In this document: positions 1-8,159 of the stretch, piece after piece
Layout: each line of letters starts with the position of its first letter
How positions within the stretch are numbered: the stretch's first letter is position 1
Source of the DNA: Clostridia bacterium
Lineage (GTDB): Bacteria; Bacillota; Clostridia; Christensenellales; QALW01
Assembly (NCBI GenBank): GCA_045591115.1
Contig: JAZNSH010000034.1
Span: 20,779-84,778 of the forward strand
DNA length: 64,000 bases
Direction: 5' to 3'
Translations under genes and position numbers: made by a program
The notes under the pieces: model-generated
Databases searched by the model: none
The model's input: the letters and a program-made list of their open reading frames with translations, nothing else
What the model was told of the DNA's origin: nothing

Positions 1-213
1 GAATTTTCTGTAATAACTAATGAAGAGAAGGATTGCATTCTTGTAGATAAAAAAGCCATACTTTTATTAGATGATAACAGTGCGATGATTCTTAAAGTCG
101 ACGAAAAGGGTGTTCTTTTTGAAAAGGAAATAAAAGTTGATCGTGCAAACGATCAATATTATAAAGTTCTCAGTGGTCTTGAGGAAGGTGAAAAGGTGGT
201 ATTGCGTAAATGA
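1..213 (+). CDS. Efflux-pump periplasmic adaptor subunit (HlyD/MacA family), C-terminal fragment; the 5' end lies outside the window
   Basis: Frame 1 is open from the window edge to TGA at 211-213 (...DQYYKVLSGLEEGEKVVLRK*). The tail resembles adaptor C-termini. The stop overlaps the ATG of the following permease (ATGA). Confidence 0.55.
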   Translation, partial: EFSVITNEEKDCILVDKKAILLLDDNSAMILKVDEKGVLFEKEIKVDRANDQYYKVLSGLEEGEKVVLRK

Positions 214-3044
214 TAAGACTTGCACTTAAGAAAATGATAAAAAACAAGAGCTTAACTCTTTCACTTTTTGTCGGTATTCTTGTTGCGATAGTAATATCTT
301 GCACAATACCGATTTATTCGCAAGGTATCGCTCACAGAATGCTCGTAACACAGTTTGAAAATTATCAGAACGAGAATGAAATAAGCCCTGCGACTACCAT
401 TATTTCCTGTTCGTTGACCTCATTTGGCCAGTCCGGTGATGGGACAGAAGCAGATAAATTTAATAGCTCTGTCAGCGTGAATAATTATAATTATTTCACA
501 AATTATCTTAATAATCATTTTTATCCAAAACTCAATATGCCTCCGCTTGTAAAAAGCGTTACCTTATCAACAACTGTCTATAAGTCGTGTGATTCAAGGA
601 CGTCTAATACGCCATTAATAACAGATGCCGTTTTTAAGGCTACAGACAGCTATGAAGGAGCTATAGAGATTATAAGCGGAAAAATGCCTGAAAAGCAAGA
701 AGATGATGAAATTATCGAAGTTATGATAAGTAAGGCTACTCAGGCAAAAACAAAGTATGTTGTTGGAACTATTATTAACGTTGGAGAAACAACTAACAAG
801 CTTAAATTTAATGAACTGATTTTTAAGGCTAAAATAGTTGGTGTTTTTGATTACGTTAATAATCCATACAGCACGATTATAGATCAGGATACAGGAATTG
901 AATTCTATCTTGACTATGAAAACTTATATGATGAATTATTGGTTAAAAGAAATCTTATTTCACAGGGGACCTGGTATTATGCAGGTGATTTTACAAAGTT
1001 AGATGCAAACAATTCTGCTGAAATTATAAGTGCCGTTAAGGATCTTGAAAACAGAGCGATAGAATGGGGGATTATAACTGATCCTGATGTTAAAATTCCA
1101 CCATTGGCACAATATGAAGAATATTATAAAAATTTTAGTTCCGTAAATGTTTTACTTGTGCTTTTTTACGCACCCGTATTGATTCTTGTTATTTTTTTCA
1201 TTTTTATGATCTCAAAATTTGTCGTTGAAAATGATAAAAATGAAATTTCAATGCTCAATTCCAGAGGTGCTTCAAGATGGCAAATTCTCTGGCTGTATTT
1301 TTTGCAGGGAGGAACAATTTCGATCGTTTGCATGATCGTTGCACCTTTCCTGGCACTTTTATTGTCAAATTTTTTAGGTGCAACGTCAGGTTTTTTGGAG
1401 TTTGGTCAGCGCGCTCCAATCAAGCTTGATCTAAGTCTTTCAGTTATCTTGTTTGCATTTGTTGCGGCGATTCTTTCTGTTGCTACTATGCTTATTCCGG
1501 TTTATAGAAATGCTAAGATTGAGATTGTTCAGCATAAAAACAGAAAAAGAAATCCTTTGATTGCCAAAATTATTTTGGCTGTAATCTGTGTGTTTGCTTT
1601 TTTACTTACAATATATGCATATTACGTTCTTGTTATTGAAAAAGGCGGGTTATTTACAAAATCAGATAGTGTTCAACCTCTTGCTTATGTATTCATTATA
1701 AGCTTTTTTGCAGCAGTTGCTTTGTTGTTTATACTCATTTATCCGTATATTTTGAATTTTATTATAGAACTTCGTCAGAAAAAATGGAGTGCGGATAAGT
1801 TTTCTGCGTTTTCACGAATCTCAAAGCTTGAGAACAAAGAAAAATTCATAATGGTGTTTTTAATTCTTACCATTGCAATAGGGGTTTTTTCTTCAATTTC
1901 TGCAAGAACTTTAAACACTAATATGGATAAAAATACTGATTATCAGTATCCTTGTGATATAATGGCTGATGTCAGATATCTCGAAACACCAAATCGCAGA
2001 TATCTTTTTGATGATGTTGATGGAATTGAAGCGACAAAAATTACAATAGGTAATTCGCCGATCTTAAATTCAAACAGAAGAAACCTTGAAAGCGATATTG
2101 ACTTGATGGGAATTACTCCTAAAGAATTTTCAAAACTTATCACTTGGGATGATTCGATCTTACCTCAATCAATGGATGAGTATATGAGGCAAATGCAGAA
2201 TGATATTAAATCTTGCATCATATCAAGGAATGTCGCTGAAAAACTTAACGTTAAAAAAGGTGACGTTATAAACGTTTATGTTGATGAAACCTTGAGCCGA
2301 AGAACCGTAATTGATGCAAATATAATTGAAATCGTTGAAGCTTGGCCAACATATTATCCTACTGAAATCAACGAATTTGGTGAAGAGGTTGACAGATACC
2401 TTATAGTTTTGAATAATGATGCTATTGATAAGGTTTCAAAAAATCAAAATTATAAAGTTTGGATGAATACAGATTACAGTGTTGATGAGTTAAAAACACT
2501 CACTATGACTTTGGGAGCCAGAGCCGACAATAATTATGATAGAGTAAGGGTTTACCTGGAAAATATTATTAATGGTAAAGAAGAACAGTATTTAAGTCAA
2601 ATTAACTCTGTCAGACAAGCTACTAATGGGTCACTTACATTAGGTTTTATTTCAGTTATATTTGTTTGCGCAATAGGTCTTGTTGTTTATTGGATCATTT
2701 CATTAAAGAGTAGAATGCTTCAAATTGGAACTATGCGTGCACTGGGTATGTCATTTAAGAATGTGCGCAGTATGGTGATTTTAGAAGAAATTCTTTTGTG
2801 CAGCAGTGCTATAGCTGTAGGTTTGATCGCTGGTGTTGTATCAGGTGTGCTGTTTTCACCCTTATTCCAATCAGCCTTTGGCGAAATGGGACAGATGCCA
2901 CCGTACGTTATATCGATAAATTTCAATGATATCTTTAAATTGATGATTCTAATAACTTTATTAATCTTAATTTCAACAAAAGCAGTTACGTATATGCTTA
3001 AGAGAATTAAGGCAACAACTGCTATTAAACTTGGGGAGGAATAA
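210..3044 (+). CDS. ABC transporter permease, MacB/FtsX type, fused double module
   Basis: 944-aa ORF. It has an N-terminal TM helix and two FtsX-like multi-TM blocks (about aa 310-440 and 808-935). Each block is preceded by a large hydrophilic, presumably extracytoplasmic, region. It sits between an adaptor gene and two ABC ATPase genes. Confidence 0.8.
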   Translation: MIRLALKKMIKNKSLTLSLFVGILVAIVISCTIPIYSQGIAHRMLVTQFENYQNENEISPATTIISCSLTSFGQSGDGTEADKFNSSVSVNNYNYFTNYLNNHFYPKLNMPPLVKSVTLSTTVYKSCDSRTSNTPLITDAVFKATDSYEGAIEIISGKMPEKQEDDEIIEVMISKATQAKTKYVVGTIINVGETTNKLKFNELIFKAKIVGVFDYVNNPYSTIIDQDTGIEFYLDYENLYDELLVKRNLISQGTWYYAGDFTKLDANNSAEIISAVKDLENRAIEWGIITDPDVKIPPLAQYEEYYKNFSSVNVLLVLFYAPVLILVIFFIFMISKFVVENDKNEISMLNSRGASRWQILWLYFLQGGTISIVCMIVAPFLALLLSNFLGATSGFLEFGQRAPIKLDLSLSVILFAFVAAILSVATMLIPVYRNAKIEIVQHKNRKRNPLIAKIILAVICVFAFLLTIYAYYVLVIEKGGLFTKSDSVQPLAYVFIISFFAAVALLFILIYPYILNFIIELRQKKWSADKFSAFSRISKLENKEKFIMVFLILTIAIGVFSSISARTLNTNMDKNTDYQYPCDIMADVRYLETPNRRYLFDDVDGIEATKITIGNSPILNSNRRNLESDIDLMGITPKEFSKLITWDDSILPQSMDEYMRQMQNDIKSCIISRNVAEKLNVKKGDVINVYVDETLSRRTVIDANIIEIVEAWPTYYPTEINEFGEEVDRYLIVLNNDAIDKVSKNQNYKVWMNTDYSVDELKTLTMTLGARADNNYDRVRVYLENIINGKEEQYLSQINSVRQATNGSLTLGFISVIFVCAIGLVVYWIISLKSRMLQIGTMRALGMSFKNVRSMVILEEILLCSSAIAVGLIAGVVSGVLFSPLFQSAFGEMGQMPPYVISINFNDIFKLMILITLLILISTKAVTYMLKRIKATTAIKLGEE

Positions 3045-3045
3045 T

Positions 3046-3738
3046 ATGGCAACAATAATTAAAGCAATAAATATTTGCCGTGATTTTCCCTCAGGAAATT
3101 CTACTGTAAGAGTATTAAAATCAGTAAATGTTGATTTCGAAGAAAAGGCATTAACTGTTTTGAAAGGCAGGTCAGGTAGCGGTAAAACAACGCTTATGAA
3201 TATTCTTGGATTACTTGATAAACCTACCAGCGGACATATTCTTATTAACGGTCACGATATAACTGACATAAGCGATGATGATGCTGATGAGATCAGAAAA
3301 AGATACATATCTTTTGTTTTTCAGTCGGTTGCTTTAATGAGCTCAATGTCAGCATTTGATAACGTTGAATTTATGCTTCGTGTTGCAGGCCTTCCACTTG
3401 ACAAAGATCGAGTGCTTCATTGCCTTGACCTTGTCGGTTTAAAAAATAGAGCATACCATATGCCTTATCAGCTTTCAGGTGGCGAACAACAACGTGTTGC
3501 CATTGCAAGATCAATAGTGCATAAACCGCGGATAATATTTGCTGATGAACCAACAGCTCAACTTGATAGTGAAACATCAAGAATTATTATGGAAATGTTT
3601 CATAAAATTATTAAGGATGAGGGGACGTCAGTCATTATGACGACTCATGATGCCAATATGATGGAGTTAGCTGATAGGGTTTATACTCTTGATGACGGAA
3701 GAATTACCGATATTCAGATAAATATGGAGGAGGTATAA
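3046..3738 (+). CDS. ABC transporter ATP-binding protein (MacB/LolD-like NBD), subunit 1
   Basis: Walker A GRSGSGKTT, signature LSGGEQQR, Walker B IIFADEPT. I prefer the ATG at 3046, preceded by GGGGAGGA, over the TTG at 3031 given in the track. Confidence 0.9.
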   Translation: MATIIKAINICRDFPSGNSTVRVLKSVNVDFEEKALTVLKGRSGSGKTTLMNILGLLDKPTSGHILINGHDITDISDDDADEIRKRYISFVFQSVALMSSMSAFDNVEFMLRVAGLPLDKDRVLHCLDLVGLKNRAYHMPYQLSGGEQQRVAIARSIVHKPRIIFADEPTAQLDSETSRIIMEMFHKIIKDEGTSVIMTTHDANMMELADRVYTLDDGRITDIQINMEEV

Positions 3739-3739
3739 T

Positions 3740-4618
3740 ATGGCTATTGTTTCCTGTGAAAACCTCGTTCGTATTTATAAAACAAATGAAACGGAAGTTC
3801 TTGCACTGCAAGGGCTCGATATTTCTATTGATGAAGGCGAGATCGTTGCTATTATCGGCGCAAGCGGAAGCGGTAAAAGTACATTTTTAAATATTCTTGG
3901 CGGGCTTGATAAACCAAGTGCAGGTAAAATAACTGTTGCTGGAATGGATCTTTCAAAGCTAACAGATAAAGATATGCTTATATACAAACGCAATATTGTT
4001 TCATTTATCTGGCAAAACAGTGCAAGGAATTTACTTCCTTATTTGACTGCTATTGAAAATATCGTTCTTCCTATGGAATTATTAGGAAAAAAGCCTGATT
4101 ACAACAAGGCAAGAAGATTATTAAAGCTTGTTGGAATAGGTGATAAAGCAGATTCTAAGCTATTTACTTTATCCGGCGGTGAGCAACAGAGAGTTGCTAT
4201 TGCGATGGCTATTTCAAATCAACCAAAAATTCTTTTGGCTGACGAGCCAACCGGTGCAGTCGACAGTAAAACCGCCAATATGATTCTTGATCTTTTCAGA
4301 AAGATAAATAAAGAATTAGGTGTAACGGTCATTATAGTTACACATGATATGAAGCTTTCGGCAAAGGTTGACAGAGTAATAAAAATTCGTGATGGCAGAA
4401 CAAGTACTGAGTATATTAAGCTTGATAAAGATACGTCAGATCTTATGTTTGATCACTCAGGAGCTGAAGCAACACATAAGGAATTTGTTGTTGTTGACCG
4501 TGTTGGAAGACTTCAGATTCCTGCTGAAATGCTTGAAAAAGCGCAAATTCAGCCTATGAGCCGTGTGCGTCTTGAATTTGATGAAAATAATCATATTGTT
4601 TTAATTCCGTTTGAATAA
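3740..4618 (+). CDS. ABC transporter ATP-binding protein, subunit 2, with a C-terminal AbrB/SpoVT-like extension
   Basis: Walker A GASGSGKST, signature LSGGEQQR, Walker B ILLADEPT. It carries an extra tail of about 70 aa, ...VVVDRVGRLQIPAEMLEKAQIQPMSRVRLEFDENNHIVLIP. The tail resembles the swapped-hairpin motif of SpoVT in this window (ELGRVVIPKEIRRTLHFREGDPLEIF). Confidence 0.85.
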   Translation: MAIVSCENLVRIYKTNETEVLALQGLDISIDEGEIVAIIGASGSGKSTFLNILGGLDKPSAGKITVAGMDLSKLTDKDMLIYKRNIVSFIWQNSARNLLPYLTAIENIVLPMELLGKKPDYNKARRLLKLVGIGDKADSKLFTLSGGEQQRVAIAMAISNQPKILLADEPTGAVDSKTANMILDLFRKINKELGVTVIIVTHDMKLSAKVDRVIKIRDGRTSTEYIKLDKDTSDLMFDHSGAEATHKEFVVVDRVGRLQIPAEMLEKAQIQPMSRVRLEFDENNHIVLIPFE

Positions 4619-4623
4619 AATAG

Positions 4624-4652
4624 TTGACAAAATTCATTTGAATAATTATAAT
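4624..4652 (+). promoter_or_regulatory. Consensus sigma-A-type promoter: TTGACA, 17-nt spacer, TATAAT
   Basis: TTGACA at 4624-4629, a 17-nt spacer (aaattcatttgaataat), then TATAAT at 4647-4652. An AGGAG Shine-Dalgarno sequence and the ATG at 4680 follow. Confidence 0.65.
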
Positions 4653-4679
4653 TTTAAAAAATCTTTAGGAGAAATTACA

Positions 4680-4778
4680 ATGATTAAGCATATTTACCTT
4701 TTAAATAAAGATATGCAGTCCGTCAATGTTATGCTTTGGCATAACGGCGGGCTTACATTGCTATATCATTGTTCGTAG
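4680..4778 (+). CDS. Small ORF of 32 codons (MIKHIYLLNKDMQSVNVMLWHNGGLTLLYHCS); candidate leader peptide or small protein
   Basis: It is too short for the ORF track. AGGAG lies 8 nt upstream of the ATG and a consensus promoter lies upstream of that. A strong terminator hairpin begins 24 nt after the TAG stop. Confidence 0.4.
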   Translation: MIKHIYLLNKDMQSVNVMLWHNGGLTLLYHCS

Positions 4779-4801
4779 CTATTTCTATGTAGATTTGATA
4801 T

Positions 4802-4841
4802 AAGCAGTGCAGGCTATTATATATGCTTGCACTGCTTTTTT
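4802..4841 (+). terminator. Rho-independent terminator or attenuator hairpin
   Basis: AAGCAGTGCAGGC / GCTTGCACTGCTT forms a 13-bp stem with one G-U pair and a 10-nt loop, followed by TTTTTT. The methyltransferase SD (GGAGG, 4846-4850) starts 5 nt after the T-run. Confidence 0.75.
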
Positions 4842-4855
4842 ATTTGGAGGTTTTT

Positions 4856-5644
4856 ATGAAAGTTAAAGAATATTTATCAGAGTATTATAAGGTCAAGGAT
4901 GAAAATAATCGTTTGGCTTCAAAATGTGGAATGGTTGAGTATATAACAACAATGAAGTATATAGAAAAATATTTGAAATATGGTATGAGCATTCTTGAAA
5001 TTGGCGCAGCAACAGGAAGATACAGTCATACTTTAGCACGAAAAGGCTATAAGGTAGATGCGGTTGAACTTATTGAGAGCAATATTGAAGTTTTCAAGAA
5101 AAACACACTTGAGGGTGAAAATATAACTATTACACAAGGTGATGCGGTTGATTTATCCGCTTTTAAAAGTGATACGTATGATTTAACATTATTGTTAGGA
5201 CCGATGTATCATTTGTTTACCGTGAAAGATAAAATAAAAGCTTTATCGGAGGCAATACGTGTTACGAAAAAAGACGGAATTATATTTGTTGCATATTGTA
5301 TGAGTGATCCTACGATATTGAACTTCGGCTTTAAAAAGGGTGAAATTTTCGATCTGATAAACAAGGGAATGGTTAATATTGAGACATTTGAAACATTATC
5401 TCGTCCGCAAGATATAATTGAACTTTCGAGAAAAGAAGACATTGATAAATTAAGAAATAATTTTAACGTAAAACAATTACACTTTGTTGCGTCAGATGGA
5501 TACGCCAACCATATGAAAGAATTTTTGAATGAAATGGATGATAAAATGTATGATCTTTATATTAAGTATCATCTTGCAACTTGTGAAAGGCAAGATATGG
5601 TTGGCTATTCACATCATACTTTAGATATTTTTAGAAAGGAATAA
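4856..5644 (+). CDS. Class I SAM-dependent methyltransferase
   Basis: SAM-binding motif ILEIGAATGRYS...DAVE and the acidic loop GDAVDL. I prefer the ATG at 4856, after GGAGG. The track start at 4823 would lie inside the terminator hairpin. Confidence 0.8.
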   Translation: MKVKEYLSEYYKVKDENNRLASKCGMVEYITTMKYIEKYLKYGMSILEIGAATGRYSHTLARKGYKVDAVELIESNIEVFKKNTLEGENITITQGDAVDLSAFKSDTYDLTLLLGPMYHLFTVKDKIKALSEAIRVTKKDGIIFVAYCMSDPTILNFGFKKGEIFDLINKGMVNIETFETLSRPQDIIELSRKEDIDKLRNNFNVKQLHFVASDGYANHMKEFLNEMDDKMYDLYIKYHLATCERQDMVGYSHHTLDIFRKE

Positions 5645-5648
5645 AAAA

Positions 5649-6218
5649 ATGATTACACATAAAGGCACTCAAACTATAAAAACGCAAAGACTGATTCTTC
5701 GAAGATTTACTGTTAATGATGCAACTGATATGTTTAACAATTGGGCAAATGATGAAAGAGTTACAAGATTTTTAACTTGGGAGCCTCACGGTAACCTTGA
5801 AAATACCCAAAATCTTTTGAATTTATGGTGTTTCGGATACGATAGTGTTGAAAACTATAATTGGGCAATAACATATAATGAAAAAGTTATTGGTAGTTTG
5901 AGTGTTGTTCGTATGAGCAATAGAGATGAATATGCTGAAATCGGGTATTGTTTGGGTTATGACTTCTGGAATAACGGAATGATGACAGAAGCAGTTAAAG
6001 CAGTTATCACATTCTTATTTAAAGAGGTTGGGTTTAACAAGGTATGTATTTCTCACGCAGTAAAAAATCCGGCATCGGGAATGGTGGCAAAAAAATGTGG
6101 TTTAAAACTTGATGGAGTAAAAAGAGAAGATTTTAAATCAAGAGATGGCGAGTTTTATGATATTGCAATATATAGTATATTAAAAAGTGAATGGGAAAGA
6201 AATAAGCGAGAGTTATAA
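5649..6218 (+). CDS. GNAT family N-acetyltransferase (RimJ/RimL-like)
   Basis: 189 aa. The N-terminus TQRLILRRFTVNDATDMFNNWANDERVTRFL and the later MMTEAVKAVITFLF...GF.KV segment are typical of RimJ/L-type GNATs. Confidence 0.85.
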   Translation: MITHKGTQTIKTQRLILRRFTVNDATDMFNNWANDERVTRFLTWEPHGNLENTQNLLNLWCFGYDSVENYNWAITYNEKVIGSLSVVRMSNRDEYAEIGYCLGYDFWNNGMMTEAVKAVITFLFKEVGFNKVCISHAVKNPASGMVAKKCGLKLDGVKREDFKSRDGEFYDIAIYSILKSEWERNKREL

Positions 6219-6231
6219 AAAACTCTCGCTT
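6204..6231. terminator. Hairpin between convergent genes (probable bidirectional terminator)
   Basis: AAGCGAGAGTT / AACTCTCGCTT forms an 11-bp stem with T-rich flanks on both strands. It lies between the GNAT stop (6218) and the SDR stop (6249). Confidence 0.6.
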
Positions 6232-6248
6232 TATATTTTTATACTAAA

Positions 6249-7094
6249 TTAAACTCCTGAATAAGCAGCAAAGCCACCGTCAACGGGAACTACAACGCCT
6301 GTAACAAAGCCGGAAGCTTCGTCGGAAACAAGCCATAAAAGAGTTCCTGTAAGGTCATCCATTTCGCCAAAGCGATCCATAGGCGTGCCACGAAGAATCT
6401 TTTCGGTTCTTGCGGTAGGTTTGCCGTCTTTAAAGAGAAGGTCTCTGTTTTGGTTTGTAACAAAGAAACCGGGCGCAATAGCATTAACACGGATATTGCA
6501 GGGAGCAAAGTGAACTGCAAGCCACTGTGTAAGGTTTGAAACGGCTGCTTTTGCGGCAGAATATGCAGGGATCTTTGTGAGGGGACGGAAAGCGTTCATT
6601 GATGAAACGTTAAGAATTACACCGCCATTTTTAACCATTTCCTTTGTAAACACCTGAGTTGTAAGCACAGCGGCAACAACGTTAAGGTCAAATACGAATC
6701 TTATTCCGTCAGGATCAAGATCAAAGAAGGTTTTAAGATCTTTGTTATCAAGCATATCAGGTGTCATTGTTTCATTATCCGTTGTGCCACGGGGGTTATT
6801 TCCACCTGCACCGTTAATAAGAATATCACAAGCACCTAATTTTTCAACAACAACTGCGTGTGCTGCTTCAAGGCTTTCTGTTTTTAAACAGTTTGCTTCA
6901 ACTGCAATTGCACAACCGCCGTCTTTGATAATTTCATCTGCAACAGCCTGAGCAGCCGCTGTGTTAATGTCGAGAAGTGCTACTTTAGCACCGCATGCAG
7001 CAAGTGCTTTTGCAAAGCCTGAGCAAAGAACGCCGCCTGCACCTGTAATTACTGCAACTTTATCTTTTAAATCAATTTGAAAAGGTAATTTCAT
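6249..7094 (-). CDS. uxuB: SDR-family oxidoreductase, probable D-mannonate/fructuronate oxidoreductase
   Basis: Glycine-rich motif VAVITGAGGVLCSGFAKALAACGAKVALLD, and S...YSAAK catalytic residues. It is directly abutted to uxuA (0-nt gap). Confidence 0.65.
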   Translation of the reverse strand: MKLPFQIDLKDKVAVITGAGGVLCSGFAKALAACGAKVALLDINTAAAQAVADEIIKDGGCAIAVEANCLKTESLEAAHAVVVEKLGACDILINGAGGNNPRGTTDNETMTPDMLDNKDLKTFFDLDPDGIRFVFDLNVVAAVLTTQVFTKEMVKNGGVILNVSSMNAFRPLTKIPAYSAAKAAVSNLTQWLAVHFAPCNIRVNAIAPGFFVTNQNRDLLFKDGKPTARTEKILRGTPMDRFGEMDDLTGTLLWLVSDEASGFVTGVVVPVDGGFAAYSGV

Positions 7095-8141
7095 TTATTT
7101 ATCTCCTTTCACAATGGCTTCCCAAAGACCATTAAGGTAGGAAGCGCCTAATGCTCTGTCAAATAAGCCGTAACCGGGTCTTCCGTCTTCGCCCCAGATA
7201 TTTCTGCCGTGGTCAGGACGAGTATAACCGTCAAAGCCGTTATCATAAAGAGCTTTCAATATGCCGTACATATCAAGTGATCCACAAGCAGTGGGGTGGG
7301 GGCTTTCATTGAAGCGAGCATCACCTGTAAAACGAATGTTTCTTGCGTGGAGGAAATGAACTCTTCCCATTTTTGCATATTTGGCGGCAAGTTTAACCAT
7401 ATCGTTTTTAGGACTGCAACCAAGTGAACCGGTGCAAAGTGTAATTCCATTATAAACAGAATCTACTGCCTTGAACATTCTGTCGATATTTTCTTCATTT
7501 GAAATGATACGTGGAAGACCAAACATACTCCACGGCGGATCGTCCGGATGAATAGCCATTTTAACGTCACATTCTTCACAAACGGGAATAATTCTTTCAA
7601 GGAAGTAAATAAGGTTTTCGAGGAGCTTTTCTTCGTCAATGTTCTTGTATGCATCAAGAAGTCCCTGGAGCTGCTCTTTAGTGTAGCTTTCATCCCAACC
7701 GGGAAGAGAAAGCTCTCCCTTTGCCGGATCCATTGCATTAACGGTTGCCTGATCATATGCAAGGCAGGTTGAACCATCTTCATTCTTCATTTTAAGATCT
7801 GAACGGAGCCAGTCGAATACGGGCATAAAGTTATAGCAAATAACCTTAACACCTGCTTGTCCCAGGTTACGAATAGTTGTGCAGTAGTTTTCGATAAGCT
7901 TATCACGTGTCGGCGCGCCCATTTTAATATCTTCGTGCACGGGAACACTTTCGATAACTTCCATTTTAAGATTTTTAGCATTAACTTTTTCTTTAAGTGC
8001 CAAAATACGCTCAAGGGGCCAAACTTCACCAACGGGAACGTCATAGATTGCAGTAACAACACCGCTCATCTGGGGAATCTGGCTGATATATTCGAGGGTA
8101 ACGGGATCATTTTCACCGTACCAACGGAAAGTCATATCCAT
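7095..8141 (-). CDS. uxuA: Mannonate dehydratase
   Basis: 348 aa with the N-terminus MDMTFRWYGENDPVTLEYISQIP, typical of UxuA. It sits between uxaC and the SDR gene. Confidence 0.9.
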   Translation of the reverse strand: MDMTFRWYGENDPVTLEYISQIPQMSGVVTAIYDVPVGEVWPLERILALKEKVNAKNLKMEVIESVPVHEDIKMGAPTRDKLIENYCTTIRNLGQAGVKVICYNFMPVFDWLRSDLKMKNEDGSTCLAYDQATVNAMDPAKGELSLPGWDESYTKEQLQGLLDAYKNIDEEKLLENLIYFLERIIPVCEECDVKMAIHPDDPPWSMFGLPRIISNEENIDRMFKAVDSVYNGITLCTGSLGCSPKNDMVKLAAKYAKMGRVHFLHARNIRFTGDARFNESPHPTACGSLDMYGILKALYDNGFDGYTRPDHGRNIWGEDGRPGYGLFDRALGASYLNGLWEAIVKGDK

Positions 8142-8159
8142 ATATATGTATTCTCCTTA

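Noticed and set aside
4823-4855. The upstream start (ATG at 4823) given in the track for the methyltransferase.
   Set aside because: It would place the first 11 codons inside the terminator hairpin and T-run. The ATG at 4856 has a GGAGG SD at the correct spacing.
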